Notes: generated from the sequence alone by a model not told the origin. A DNA stretch of 64,000 nt from Candidatus Micrarchaeia archaeon (GCA_038890815.1 JAWAFC010000003.1:575-64574), one strand, 5' to 3'; positions 54,172-64,000 are shown, numbered from the stretch's first letter. A program made the numbers and translations.

Positions 54172-54484
54172 TATTTGGCAAACAATATGTTTAAGAATTC
54201 AATGTAACTATAGTTACAATATGTTGCTATATTGTTTTGATTTAAAAATTAAAGGGGTTAAAGCCTACAATACTCTAAAAAGACGTTTCTACTATGCGCT
54301 ATCAAAACAAAAATTCAAAATACTCTCCAGAACAACAAAATCAGTCTTAATAACTCCAGATTCTTCGGAAAAAGATGTAGATGAATTTTTTTCTCAATTT
54401 GAAGGTTTTATAGAAGTATACAAAGCAAAGATTTCCAACATTGAGCGAATACTCTAAAAATAGTGGAAGTGTGGGGGGTGTCGC

Positions 54485-54802
54485 TTATTTAGAAAAACGG
54501 AAGCCCCCCCTCCCTTCCTCCAACTCACTTTCACTGAGCGGTTGTGTAGTCCCCTTTGTCACGATAACAACATCTTCAACAGACTTCACATTTTTATAAA
54601 GCACACTTTTTTCTCTTAAAATTTGCCTTGCCTCCTCTTTTGATACCGCATTCAACGGCTCCATCGTGATTCGGACAATCTCCCCCTTCTCAAAATCAAG
54701 CACCAAATCCTGCACTCTCCCAAGAAACTTCCCCGTGTCAGTAAAGATATCCATATTATACAGCTTCGATATCCTCATGCTCACAACATCACCTACAGCC
54801 AA
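54485..54802 (-). CDS. PRC-barrel domain protein
   Basis: A 105-aa ORF. The pattern GKFLGRVQDLVLDFEKGEIVRITMEP is typical of PRC-barrel proteins. Confidence 0.55.
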   Translation of the reverse strand: MAVGDVVSMRISKLYNMDIFTDTGKFLGRVQDLVLDFEKGEIVRITMEPLNAVSKEEARQILREKSVLYKNVKSVEDVVIVTKGTTQPLSESELEEGRGGFRFSK

Positions 54803-55197
54803 ACCGGCGCTGTGCTTTCTCTAACCTTATTTAAATAAGTTTTGGTGGTCAGCGCCCTATCTGCTCGCACCTGAGCTCGGTTTTCGTCTCCTCTCGGCCC
54901 ACTATGGCGCCATCCCTGCCATAACCAAAAACAATGAGTTGAATAGGATAAAGATCAGGGTAACTCCTGGGGCTTGCATATATTTTACACCTCCCACTCC
55001 CCCTCCCTCCTGGCTCGATTATGCCTATCCTCAGACGGCCTCTTGTGAGCGGCCTGTCGGGCGCCAGCGACACAGCGTCGGGCACGATCACATCACACTC
55101 AAACCAACACAACACACCTGAATTGTTCTCCACATCAATTGTCAGCTCAACCTCACTTCTCATAAACGCCACGAGGCGTAGGGGGTAAAAGCGTGGG

Positions 55198-55740
55198 ATG
55201 AGTCTGAAAAGAGGCATGAAGGAAAAAAGGTGCTCGTATTTAAAAAACTCTCTCCAAAAGTTTTTTGGCATGGCACTCTCAATCCCCGAAGCACAGCTCA
55301 TCCAAGGTGAGGTTATCCTGCGCGACCTTTCGCTGACGCAGGATGTGAAAATGACAAGGAAGAGCCTCGTGCGCTGGATCGCGCTGGCAGCCGGCCTCAT
55401 ATCACCAAACGAGTCAAGGAAAACACTTCTCGATTTGCTCGAGGTGCTGTTTGCCTTCCAGCTTGGTGAGGGCAAAGACCCCGATATCCATGACATCATG
55501 CAGGGTATGTGGAGGTTGAACCAAAAGCACCGGGAAAAAACTGTGCGCTACCATCTTTTCCAGCTTAAGAGAAAGGGATTTATTTCACGTGTGAGGGGGA
55601 AGTATTTCTTCACCATCCCACCTTTCTCGGAGAAGGGTGATGTGGCAGCTTCATTCGAGTATGTCCTGAAGAGCAGGAGTGAGGTCGCGCTGGCCAAGCT
55701 CAGAGAGGCTCTGCGCGCGCTCAAGAGTCTATACAGCTAG
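55198..55740 (+). CDS. Putative winged-helix transcription regulator
   Basis: A 180-aa ORF in which RYHLFQLKRKGFISRVRGKYFFT is a wHTH-like recognition helix plus wing. Confidence 0.4.
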   Translation: MSLKRGMKEKRCSYLKNSLQKFFGMALSIPEAQLIQGEVILRDLSLTQDVKMTRKSLVRWIALAAGLISPNESRKTLLDLLEVLFAFQLGEGKDPDIHDIMQGMWRLNQKHREKTVRYHLFQLKRKGFISRVRGKYFFTIPPFSEKGDVAASFEYVLKSRSEVALAKLREALRALKSLYS

Positions 55741-56499
55741 CTGTTTGACGCAGAACTCACACTCCACATCGCCCGTTCCCCAGCACCGCGTCTCAGCAAC
55801 GTTCACCGATTCGCTGTGGAAGAATGCCGCATAAGCCCCCCTTATCAGTCCTCTTATGAAGCCGCACAACGGCTTTCCCACTGGTGGCAGGCCATAGGCG
55901 AAGGCACTCTCGCGCACTATGAAGACGACATCCCCACCACCACCCACCTCAGCGATGCCGATGCCCTCATTTTTCAAGAAATCAACGATCGCCTTGGCGA
56001 GCGCATCTTTGTTCTTGGCGTCGCGGGCCAGCGTCCTGCCGATGGTGTCGCCAGCCTGTACGGCCACCCTTTCCCTCTGGTATTCCCCGAGCACTTTGTC
56101 GGGCGCGTGTATGGCTATTGCCTGGAGTGCGAGCAGGCCGGCGCGGCCCCCCAAATTTGTCCTTTCAGGCACTGCAAATCCTTCCTCCTCAGCCTTTCCG
56201 TTGGCTATTACCTCGCTTGCATCGACTTTGATGCCGGCAGCCTTTGCGATGTCCTCCACGAGCTTCTGTATCTTCGGCACAGCTGCTGGTAGCGCCTTTT
56301 CGAGCGATTCCCGCGTGCCACTTAAATGCGTCACACGCAGCTTTCCATTGCTGAACAGGATGACGTTCAGGCCGTCGAGTCTGGCATACAAAAAATTTCT
56401 CTCTCCGGGCGGCGATTTCAGCACGGCGTTGCCCTTCTTCACCCTCTCGATGTCAATCTTTCTACCCAAATCATATATGAACGAGGTCGGCTCGGCCAT
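55729..56499 (-). CDS. V4R-domain-like protein (tentative)
   Basis: A 256-aa ORF whose C-terminal half (GKPLCGFIRGLIRGAYAAFFHSESVNVAETRCWGTGDVECEFCV) resembles V4R small-molecule-binding domains. It is operonic with the KaiC-like gene. Confidence 0.35.
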   Translation of the reverse strand: MAEPTSFIYDLGRKIDIERVKKGNAVLKSPPGERNFLYARLDGLNVILFSNGKLRVTHLSGTRESLEKALPAAVPKIQKLVEDIAKAAGIKVDASEVIANGKAEEEGFAVPERTNLGGRAGLLALQAIAIHAPDKVLGEYQRERVAVQAGDTIGRTLARDAKNKDALAKAIVDFLKNEGIGIAEVGGGGDVVFIVRESAFAYGLPPVGKPLCGFIRGLIRGAYAAFFHSESVNVAETRCWGTGDVECEFCVKQLAV

Positions 56500-57191
56500 C
56501 AGTACACCTTCTCGCCCACATACACCTCAATGCCGTTTGGCGTGAACTTCATCGGCACGAGGTCGCGCACGTGATCTGTGCCCCGCATTTTCAACACCTC
56601 AAGCGCGCGCAGCCTCTTCTCGCCCCTCTCGAGGTTATACATGATGATGACGCCATCGGCCACGAACTGCTCGAGCCCGAAACGCATCCTCTCGCGGCTC
56701 GCATTGGACAGCTCGGCGGTCAGCACGACGGTACAGTCGAGATTTCTGAGGAAAGACAGGAAGTCAAACAACCTGCGCCTGAACTCAACCGGGTCATCGA
56801 ATGACATCTTGAGTATGGTCGCGCTGTCCACCACCGCGCGCTTCACACCGTGCTGGGTGATGAACGATTGCAGCATGTCACTGAAGTTGACGAAATTGTG
56901 GCGGTCTGGCTTTATCACAAACATCTTCTCCTCCTCGATGAGCTTATCGAGCTCAGTCCAGCCTGGGAAGGCGGCCTTGGCGTTCTCGATTATCTCTCGA
57001 GGTTCCTCTTCGAGTGTGATGTAAACGCCCTTCTCGCCCTCTTTTGCACCGCTGTAGATGTATTGCACAGCGAAGAGCGTCTTTCCCGTACCGGGCCCGC
57101 CGCATACGAGCACATGGCGCCGCGCGGGGATTCCACCCCTGAGCATCTCATCGAGCCCACGTATGCCAGTCCTCACCCTCTGCTCCGCCAT
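56499..57191 (-). CDS. KaiC-like / RecA-superfamily ATPase (single domain)
   Basis: It has GIRGLDEMLRGGIPARRHVLVCGGPGTGKTLFAVQYIY and GEKGVYITLEE. Confidence 0.75.
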   Translation of the reverse strand: MAEQRVRTGIRGLDEMLRGGIPARRHVLVCGGPGTGKTLFAVQYIYSGAKEGEKGVYITLEEEPREIIENAKAAFPGWTELDKLIEEEKMFVIKPDRHNFVNFSDMLQSFITQHGVKRAVVDSATILKMSFDDPVEFRRRLFDFLSFLRNLDCTVVLTAELSNASRERMRFGLEQFVADGVIIMYNLERGEKRLRALEVLKMRGTDHVRDLVPMKFTPNGIEVYVGEKVY

Positions 57192-57590
57192 AAAATCACT
57201 TCAACGATTGCGCTGCGCTGTTTAAATATGTTTTTATAGCTGGGAGGACATAATGAATGCATGCTCGCCCAGCCAGGGCTGAAGAAGAAAGCCGAAGGCT
57301 CCATCGAGCTAGAGGTGCAAAGACAGACTGCAGATGTTTTTGCAGACAAATTGATCATCGAAGAGATAGGCATACTGCGCAGAGCGCTACAGGCCGATGA
57401 GAAGAGATTTGAGCGCGTTGGCAGGGAGAGCATGAGGCTTGAGAAGAGCGCGCGCGCTGACATGGAGCAGAGCGTTGCCCGCGAGAAAATGAGACTTGTC
57501 ATGGCAGCTGGGCCGAAGAGGAAGCTCAAGCCAGGCAAGCACCGCAAAGCTGCCGATGAGCCTGGGAAGCACGGCTGAGTTTCTGTTTCT

Positions 57591-60332
57591 ATGCTGTCCG
57601 AGAAGATGAGGAGGCTGCTGGCCAAGCGTGGCTTTGCCTCCCTCACAAAAATACAGGAGCTCGCCATTCCGGTCGTAGCCAGCGGCAAGCATACGCTCAT
57701 CATCGCTCCGACGGGTTTTGGCAAAACGGAGGCCGCCCTTCTCCCTCTTCTGGAGAGGATTGGTGCTGAGCGCGGTGTGGGCATCCTGTACATCACCCCC
57801 CTGCGCGCGCTAAATCGAGACCTGTTGGAAAGGATAAGTTGGTGGGCGAGGGAGCTGGGCATAACGCTCGGCGTGCGGCATGGCGACACGAGCGCCAAGG
57901 AGCGCGCGGCGCAGGCAAAGCTCCCCCCTCAGCTGCTCATCACAACACCCGAGTCGCTGCAGGCCATGCTGTGCGCGCCTAAGATGTGCGCCCACCTCCT
58001 GCGCGTCAGCGCAGTCATTGTGGATGAGGTGCACGAGCTTTTCTGTGACAAGAGGGGGGCACAGCTTGCGCTTGGCCTTGAGCGCCTTGAAGCAAAGAAG
58101 ATGGCGGCGGGCCTGCCAGCTTTCCAGCGCGTTGGGCTCAGCGCCACCGTGGGCGATGCCGCTGAGGTCAGCCGCTTCCTGTGTGGGGCAAGGGAATGCC
58201 AGATCGCCGCCCTTCCGGCCAGCAGGGCGCTTGTCCTGCGCGTGATATCACCAGAACCGACAGCCGAAGACCTAGAGCTGGCCGAACGTCTATTCCTCGA
58301 GCCCGGCGCGGTGGCGCGCCTACGCCTGCTTGATGCGCTCGTGCGCGCCCGCAAGACGCTCATTTTTGTAAATACCCGCAGCATTGCCGAAACGCTTGCC
58401 TCGCGGCTGCTGCGCCTTGCTGCCAGCATAGGCATCCATCACGGCTCGCTGGCGCGCGAGGTTCGCGTTGCGACAGAGCAGAAGTTCAAACACAGCGAGC
58501 TGAGAGGGCTCGTGGCCACCTCATCGCTCGAGCTGGGCATAGACATCGGAGATGTCGAGGGTGTGGTGCAGTACATGTCACCAAGACAGGCCGTGCGGCT
58601 CGTTCAGCGCGTTGGCCGCAGCGGCCATGCCGTCACCAAAACGCCAAGGGGAGAGATCATAGCCAGCGATGCCGATGACATCCTTGAGGCGGCCGCCATT
58701 GCCAAGTTCGCCTCCGTTGGCCATCTCGAAAAGGCGCGCATGGCATCGGGCGCGCTCGATGTGTTGGCCCATCAGCTTGCTGGCCTGGCGCTTGACTATG
58801 GGAGCATTGGCATCGATGCCGTCATGGCCATTGTCAGCAGGGCCGGCCCATATGCCACGATTGGGAGGGATGTGGTCGAGGAGGTCGCGCGCCAGCTCGC
58901 CAGCGAGAGATTGATCCGCTTTGATGGCGGGATGATTGAGAAAAACGCCAGCACGCGCGCCTACTATTACCTGAATTTGTCCACAATTCCGAGCGAGAGA
59001 AAATTCCGCGTGAGGAATGCCGCAACCAACGGCGTTGTGGGCTCGTTGGACGAGGGCTTTGTGGCGAGCCTTGAGGCCGGCTCGTTGTTCATCACAAAGG
59101 GCGTGCCGTGGAGGGTTCTGGATATCGCTGAGGAGGAGATCGTCGTTGAGCCCGCCGAGACATTCGAGGCTGCCATCCCTGACTGGGAGGGCGAGGACAT
59201 ACCAGTGTCGCGAGAGGTCGCGGCCGAGGCCAGTCGGCTGAGAAGGCGGCTGGTTGAGGAGGATATCGGCGCCCTTGCCAGGGAATACTCAACCGAGCCG
59301 GCCGCGCTCGAGCGCGTGCGTGGCATGCTGCTCGGCCAGCATCCCCTGCCGGATGACAAAACCATCCTCATCGAATGTGTCGAAAACATCTGCGTCATCC
59401 ACATTGCGATGGGCTCGCTCGCCAATGCCGCGCTCGCCAAGGCGCTGGCCGCCCGCCTCACCGCCTGGTTTGGGAGCAGTGTGAGGTGCGACAGCGATGC
59501 CTATCGCATACTGTTGCAGCTTCCCAAGCCCACAAAGAGCTCGCGCATCAGGGAAGTGTTGCTCGGCCTCGGTGAGCTGCGGGCCATACTGGATGCACAC
59601 CTGCCAAAAACGACTCTATTCAGATACAAGCTGACCCACGTGGCCAGAGCTTTTGGCCTCATCGCCGAGAACGCGCGTATCGGAGCACGTTTTGTCGACA
59701 AGCTCTCGGGCACGCCGGTGTTCAAGGAGGCGCTCAGGGAAATGTACACAAACTACTTGGATGTGGAAACGGCGCAACAGTTCCTCAGGCAGGCAAGGGA
59801 GGGCAACATCCGCATACTCGCGCTCGATGCCAGCGAGCTCAGCCCGCTCGGCAGGCTCGCGCTCGATAGGGTGCGCGGTGGCGAGCTGGTGGCGCCCATC
59901 GAGCCGAGCAGCGAGATTTTGCGCGCCTTCAAGGCCGGCCTGCTCGCCCAGAACCAGAGGTTTCTGTGCACATACTGCGGCAGAATCACTTGGTGGAAGC
60001 TGGCCGATCTCCCCCCTCAGCCAACCTGCCCGCACTGCTGGAGCCCGCTGCTCGCGCCCATTGAGCGTGGTGACGAGAAAATATGGGGGAAGGAACGATG
60101 GAAAAGAGAAAAGGAGGAGGAGAAGCGCGCGGGCGAGATAGCGCGCATGGCCTCACTCATCTCTGCCTATGGCAGGAGAGCTGCCTGGGCGCTGGCCACG
60201 TACGGCGTGGGGCCAGAGACGGCCGCGCGCGCTCTTGCAAAGCTGATACGCGATGACGATGTGTTCTTTGCCGAGCTGCTCGAGGCGCAGAAAAGGTTTA
60301 TCAGGACAAAGAGGTACTGGAAAGCTGGTTGA
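57591..60332 (+). CDS. lhr: Lhr-type large ATP-dependent helicase (superfamily 2)
   Basis: A 913-aa ORF with motif I IAPTGFGKTEAALLP, DEVH (VIVDEVHEL), motif VI QRVGRSGH, an Lhr-like C-terminal domain and a terminal zinc-finger CTYCG...CPHC. Confidence 0.8.
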   Translation: MLSEKMRRLLAKRGFASLTKIQELAIPVVASGKHTLIIAPTGFGKTEAALLPLLERIGAERGVGILYITPLRALNRDLLERISWWARELGITLGVRHGDTSAKERAAQAKLPPQLLITTPESLQAMLCAPKMCAHLLRVSAVIVDEVHELFCDKRGAQLALGLERLEAKKMAAGLPAFQRVGLSATVGDAAEVSRFLCGARECQIAALPASRALVLRVISPEPTAEDLELAERLFLEPGAVARLRLLDALVRARKTLIFVNTRSIAETLASRLLRLAASIGIHHGSLAREVRVATEQKFKHSELRGLVATSSLELGIDIGDVEGVVQYMSPRQAVRLVQRVGRSGHAVTKTPRGEIIASDADDILEAAAIAKFASVGHLEKARMASGALDVLAHQLAGLALDYGSIGIDAVMAIVSRAGPYATIGRDVVEEVARQLASERLIRFDGGMIEKNASTRAYYYLNLSTIPSERKFRVRNAATNGVVGSLDEGFVASLEAGSLFITKGVPWRVLDIAEEEIVVEPAETFEAAIPDWEGEDIPVSREVAAEASRLRRRLVEEDIGALAREYSTEPAALERVRGMLLGQHPLPDDKTILIECVENICVIHIAMGSLANAALAKALAARLTAWFGSSVRCDSDAYRILLQLPKPTKSSRIREVLLGLGELRAILDAHLPKTTLFRYKLTHVARAFGLIAENARIGARFVDKLSGTPVFKEALREMYTNYLDVETAQQFLRQAREGNIRILALDASELSPLGRLALDRVRGGELVAPIEPSSEILRAFKAGLLAQNQRFLCTYCGRITWWKLADLPPQPTCPHCWSPLLAPIERGDEKIWGKERWKREKEEEKRAGEIARMASLISAYGRRAAWALATYGVGPETAARALAKLIRDDDVFFAELLEAQKRFIRTKRYWKAG

Positions 60333-61062
60333 GGACGTGGAAGCGAAGATAGGATGCTGTGGATGGGGCTTTTTCAGGCCAGCGGACCATTTCGGAAAGG
60401 ACTGGAAGAAAAAGTTCCCCTCCACGCTCGCTGCCTATGCCAGCCTTTTCTCTCTCGTCGAAGTCAACTCAACTTTCTACAGGATCCCAAAAGTCCAAAC
60501 CGCCGCGCGATGGCTGGAACAGGCCAGAAAAGCCAACCCAACATTCGAATTCACCATAAAGGCCTTTCAGGGCATAACGCACGAGGACGGCGGGTTTGGG
60601 CCTGCCTCGCTGTCACACTGGCAGAGAATGCGCGCGGTTGCCGAAGCGCTGAGGGTGAAAGTCGTGCTGTTTCAGTCCCCTGCCTCTTTCAGGCCAACCG
60701 CGGCAAACGAGCGGAGGATGGAAAAATTTTTCGGGCAGGCGGAGAGGGGGGAGCTCCTGTTTGCGTGGGAGCCGAGGGGAGCGTGGTGGGAGGAGGGCGC
60801 GGTGAGGAAAATCTGCGCCGAGCTCGGCCTCATCGCCTGCGTCGATCCCCTGCGCAATCTTCCTGATTGGCTGGCCGAGCAGTCGCTCCTTTACTTCCGC
60901 CTGCACGGATTCGGCAAGCCGAGCATGTACAACTATCGCTTTTCGGATGCAGAGCTGGCCAAGGTCAAGCAAGCAGCCACTTCGCTCAGCCGCCCTGCGT
61001 ACATCCTGTTCAACAACTTTGCCATGTACGAGGATGCACTCCGTTTTCAAAAAATGTTTTAA
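60253..61062 (+). CDS. DUF72-family protein (the true start is probably ~60330, downstream of the helicase stop)
   Basis: It has KIGCCGWGFF and YRIPKVQTAARWLEQA, and its length suits DUF72. Confidence 0.5.
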   Translation: MTMCSLPSCSRRRKGLSGQRGTGKLVEDVEAKIGCCGWGFFRPADHFGKDWKKKFPSTLAAYASLFSLVEVNSTFYRIPKVQTAARWLEQARKANPTFEFTIKAFQGITHEDGGFGPASLSHWQRMRAVAEALRVKVVLFQSPASFRPTAANERRMEKFFGQAERGELLFAWEPRGAWWEEGAVRKICAELGLIACVDPLRNLPDWLAEQSLLYFRLHGFGKPSMYNYRFSDAELAKVKQAATSLSRPAYILFNNFAMYEDALRFQKMF

Positions 61063-61082
61063 ACCCGTATTCTCAAACTCTC

Positions 61083-61489
61083 CCGTGCACGCGAAGGCTC
61101 TTCCCGCCATCATTCTGCTCGCGTTTCTGGCATCTGCGGCGTACCACGAGCCGACGCAGCCAGCGCCACAGGAGGAGTGGTTGCCGCTGCGGCTTCTCGT
61201 CGAGACCGGCGCGGTCCATGCGCTGGCCATCATCGTCTCGCTCGCCGGATTCTTTCTCGCGCTTTTGATGCGCAACGCGGTCGGCAAGATGATTAGGCCC
61301 ACTTACACCTGGACCGCGGTCGGGCTCTTCTTCCTCATGCTGACGCACTTCTTCCACTACCTCCTGCTGTTCGGCCTTCAGGAAAATCCCGACACAATTG
61401 TTTTAGTAGAGCACTTTTTCCACATCGCGGGCGTCTCGAGCATCCTCTACGGGCTTTGGAGGACTTATGAGTGCTGCAGGGTGGGTTAG
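61083..61489 (+). CDS. Small polytopic membrane protein (start uncertain)
   Basis: It has four hydrophobic helices, following the DUF72 stop. Confidence 0.3.
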
Positions 61490-61980
61490 TGGCGTCGGTT
61501 TCCGAAGAGCTCAGGGAAAACGACGTCCTGCTCGTCAAGGTCGCGCCCGAGAACTACGCCGCCTCGCTGGTCAGCGTGCTTGGCCAGCTCGGCAGGGGCG
61601 GCAGGACGTGCATTCTCCTTCTCTCCCGTCCCTACTCTGCCATAGCGAAGAAGCTGGGGCGCGGGGGCGACTACTTCTTCATAGCGATAGGGGAAGTTCC
61701 GAATGGGCTCGGTGTGGGGGTCGATTCGCCGGGCAACCTGTCCGATCTCGGCATCGCCTTCTCGACCGCGCTCAGGCAGAAGTGCAGCGCAGCGCTGCTC
61801 GAGTCGGTCTCGCTGCTGTTCATCCACGCCGAATACAATTCGGTGATGCGCTTTCTCTTCGACCTGGTGGCGAAGGCGAGGGGAGCCGGCTCGAAAATGG
61901 TTTTCCTGCTCAGCCGTGAGGACGAGCACGCAAAGGAGCTGTATCCATTCGTCGACAAGATCATCGCACTGAACGGCTGA
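61471..61980 (+). CDS. Hypothetical protein
   Basis: A 169-aa ORF with no confident motif. Confidence 0.35.
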   Translation: MLQGGLVASVSEELRENDVLLVKVAPENYAASLVSVLGQLGRGGRTCILLLSRPYSAIAKKLGRGGDYFFIAIGEVPNGLGVGVDSPGNLSDLGIAFSTALRQKCSAALLESVSLLFIHAEYNSVMRFLFDLVAKARGAGSKMVFLLSREDEHAKELYPFVDKIIALNG

Positions 61981-61981
61981 A

Positions 61982-62419
61982 TCAAGGATACTGCGTGGCG
62001 GACCGGTTCGTGGCATTGCGCATTGCCTCAAGGATGGCCTGCATCATCTCTGGCGTGAGCCCGGAAAGCCCTGTCAGGTTTCCGAGCGGAAGCCTGGCGA
62101 TTCCCGGCAACGGCAGGCCTGGCACCCCCGTCATGTTTCCCAGCACGCCGCTCTGCATGAGCAGCGGTAGGAGGGAGGAAAGCCGCGAGGCGTTCGCGCA
62201 GGCGTCCGCCGCAGCCTTGGCCTCACTGAGCTGCGCCTGCAGTGCTGCGTTTTGGCCTGCCAGCGCGGCCTTCTCGCTCTCAAGTTGCGCCACGCGCGCT
62301 GACAGCGAGGAGTTCTGCATCTGCAGCCACAGCGCGGCGATGAGCGCGAGGATCGCGACCAGCGCGCTCGCCGTTCCCAGCAGTTTGAACTTTCTTATCT
62401 CCTCTTCCGCAGCCGCCAC
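61982..62419 (-). CDS. Hypothetical N-terminally anchored coiled-coil protein
   Basis: A 145-aa ORF with a TM segment ASALVAILALIAALWL followed by a heptad region. Confidence 0.35.
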   Translation of the reverse strand: MAAAEEEIRKFKLLGTASALVAILALIAALWLQMQNSSLSARVAQLESEKAALAGQNAALQAQLSEAKAAADACANASRLSSLLPLLMQSGVLGNMTGVPGLPLPGIARLPLGNLTGLSGLTPEMMQAILEAMRNATNRSATQYP

Positions 62420-62443
62420 GCCCCCCTCTCTTCCTCCCCATTT

Positions 62444-63043
62444 TTATTTCTTTGTGTGAAGGAGCGCGAGGGCCGGCCGTTTTGCTTCCTTCGCAATGGC
62501 GTGCGCCGCGAGGGCAAATGCGATGCTCATCCCGACCGTCACGGGCAGCACGAAGCCTAGCGCCTCGTGCGGAAGAGGGGGGTGCGTGCCCAGGAAGTAG
62601 TCGCTGTAATCATGCAACAGGAACCAGCCTAGCACGGCGGGCAGGAACCAGGGCCTCACGCGGAATAGCCCAGGCAGGAGCAGCAGCGCCTCACCGAAAA
62701 GGCCGATGTGCGACACGAACAGCACCGCATACATCACTGCAGTCTGGGGGGTGAAGTACCACGCCGCGAAAGTGGTGAGGACGAAAACGGTCCAGAAGCC
62801 ATACTTGAGCGAGCCGGCTAAGGTGAAAAAAAGCAAAAAGTCTGCAAGCACCCCCCTCATGGTCCTTGCCACTATCATCACGATGGCAAAAAGCAGCGCG
62901 TAAAGCGGGCAGTCTGGCACGAAGGGCCAGAGCCAGAGCGGCGTGGTGGCCAGCTGGTCACCATAGAAATAGACAAAGCCCCAGCCCGCGCCAGCTAGGT
63001 TGGCCGCGAACACGAGCCAGAAGAGGATTTCACGCCCATTCAC
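62444..63043 (-). CDS. Polytopic membrane protein (DUF1405-like, tentative)
   Basis: A 199-aa ORF with six hydrophobic helices. Confidence 0.35.
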   Translation of the reverse strand: MNGREILFWLVFAANLAGAGWGFVYFYGDQLATTPLWLWPFVPDCPLYALLFAIVMIVARTMRGVLADFLLFFTLAGSLKYGFWTVFVLTTFAAWYFTPQTAVMYAVLFVSHIGLFGEALLLLPGLFRVRPWFLPAVLGWFLLHDYSDYFLGTHPPLPHEALGFVLPVTVGMSIAFALAAHAIAKEAKRPALALLHTKK

Positions 63044-63047
63044 TTTA

Positions 63048-64000
63048 TCACTTTCTCTTCTTGAATTTCTCGAAGCACTCGCGCGAGCAGAAGTAGTATG
63101 TCGTTCCGCCTCGCTCGAGCTTGAACTTCGCCGTAGTCTGGCTCACTTCCATTCCGCACACAGGGTCCTTCGCCATGCCGACACCTCCCTTCTTTTTCTC
63201 CTCAAGCACCCGCTCCGCCCTCATGAGGCTCTTGAGCGGGGGCTTGTAGAACTTCATGAGGTTGGCATTCGCGGCCACGGACACAGAGCTGAGCGCCATG
63301 GCCGCGCCCGCAATGACCGGATTGACAAGTATCCCAAATGATGGATATAATACCCCCGCCGCGAGCGGCACGCCGACCGCATTGTAGATGAAAGCCCAGA
63401 AGAGGTTTTCCTTTATCTTGCGCATGGCGTACCTGCTGAGGTGGATGGCCGTCACGACATCGCGCAGGTCGTCCTTGATCAGCACGACATCGCCCGTCTC
63501 TATGGCCACGTCAGTGCCGCTTCCTATGGCTATGCCGACGTCGCTCTGGGCCAGCGCGGGCGCATCGTTTATTCCATCGCCAACCATCGCCACGACTTTT
63601 CCCTCAGCTTGCAGCTTCCTGATTTCCTTCGCCTTTTCCTCCGGCAACACCTCAGCGAGCACCCTATCAATGCCAACGAGCCTGCCTATGGCATTCGCCG
63701 TGCGCGCGTTGTCGCCCGTTATCATGGCCACCCCAAGGCCCATGCGATGCAGCTCCGCCACTGCCTCGTGGCTGAATTCCTTGAGCGTGTCAGCCACCGC
63801 AATCACACCTGCAACCCGCCTCCCAACCGCGACAACCACAGCAGTCTTTCCCTCGCTCTCAAGCGCCCGCAGCGTCATCTCGATTTCTTCGGTGCGTATC
63901 CCGCCTTTCTCCATTAGCCTCCTGTTTCCAACCAGAATCGTTTTGCCCCCAACGCTGGCCATCACGCCATGTCCCGGCATTGCCTTGAACCCACTGGCCC
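63048..64000 (-). CDS. copA: Heavy-metal (Cu) P-type ATPase, C-terminal part (the N-terminus lies beyond the window end), with a C-terminal YHS/TRASH metal-binding domain
   Basis: It has the hinge motif VAMVGDGINDAPALA, ITGDN and C-terminal TM helices. The sequence then ends KDPVCGMEVSQTTAKFKLERGGTTYYFCSRECFEKFKKRK. Confidence 0.8.
   Translation of the reverse strand, partial: ASGFKAMPGHGVMASVGGKTILVGNRRLMEKGGIRTEEIEMTLRALESEGKTAVVVAVGRRVAGVIAVADTLKEFSHEAVAELHRMGLGVAMITGDNARTANAIGRLVGIDRVLAEVLPEEKAKEIRKLQAEGKVVAMVGDGINDAPALAQSDVGIAIGSGTDVAIETGDVVLIKDDLRDVVTAIHLSRYAMRKIKENLFWAFIYNAVGVPLAAGVLYPSFGILVNPVIAGAAMALSSVSVAANANLMKFYKPPLKSLMRAERVLEEKKKGGVGMAKDPVCGMEVSQTTAKFKLERGGTTYYFCSRECFEKFKKRK

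Overview
This is a GC-rich (~60%) archaeal chromosomal segment. The left end carries a minus-strand rRNA operon: a partial 23S, a spacer tRNA-Ala, and a 16S. The 16S is interrupted by a ~520-nt intron that encodes a LAGLIDADG homing endonuclease. It also carries a separate ~50-nt AT-rich hairpin insertion. The spacer tRNA-Ala(UGC) and a second tRNA (antisense to the end of trpC) each contain two non-canonical introns; every stem pairs perfectly once these are removed. Multi-intron tRNAs, rRNA introns, leaderless genes with a TATA ~25 nt upstream, abundant cysteine-rich secreted proteins and two DsbA-like oxidoreductases together suggest a Thermoproteales-like (Thermoproteota) archaeon. I cannot confirm this without database searches. 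The most striking feature is a ~20 kb locus (5154-24978) next to the rRNA operon. It has a 1218-aa membrane-anchored coiled-coil protein with a cysteine-rich ectodomain, transcribed divergently from a tightly coupled nine-gene operon. The operon encodes a glycosylated Cys-pair-repeat protein, six tandem paralogous four-TM membrane proteins sharing strong motifs, a small anchored protein and a giant 2345-aa cysteine-rich secreted protein. The paralogs have an FtsX/MacB-like topology but no cis ABC ATPase. I interpret the locus as a candidate undescribed cell-surface or envelope machine. The rest of the window is ordinary archaeal core content. Identified genes include aEF1-beta, Rad50, HerA, NurA-like, GalT, Pth2, HtpX, a glycogen debranching enzyme, IlvE, TrpD, TrpC, SRP54, CPA and CaCA transporters, EndoIII, glutaredoxin, a long T2SSE-family ATPase, archaeal FBP aldolase/phosphatase, Nnr, a KaiC-like ATPase, an Lhr helicase and a P-type ATPase. 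Several AT-rich islands interrupt this content.
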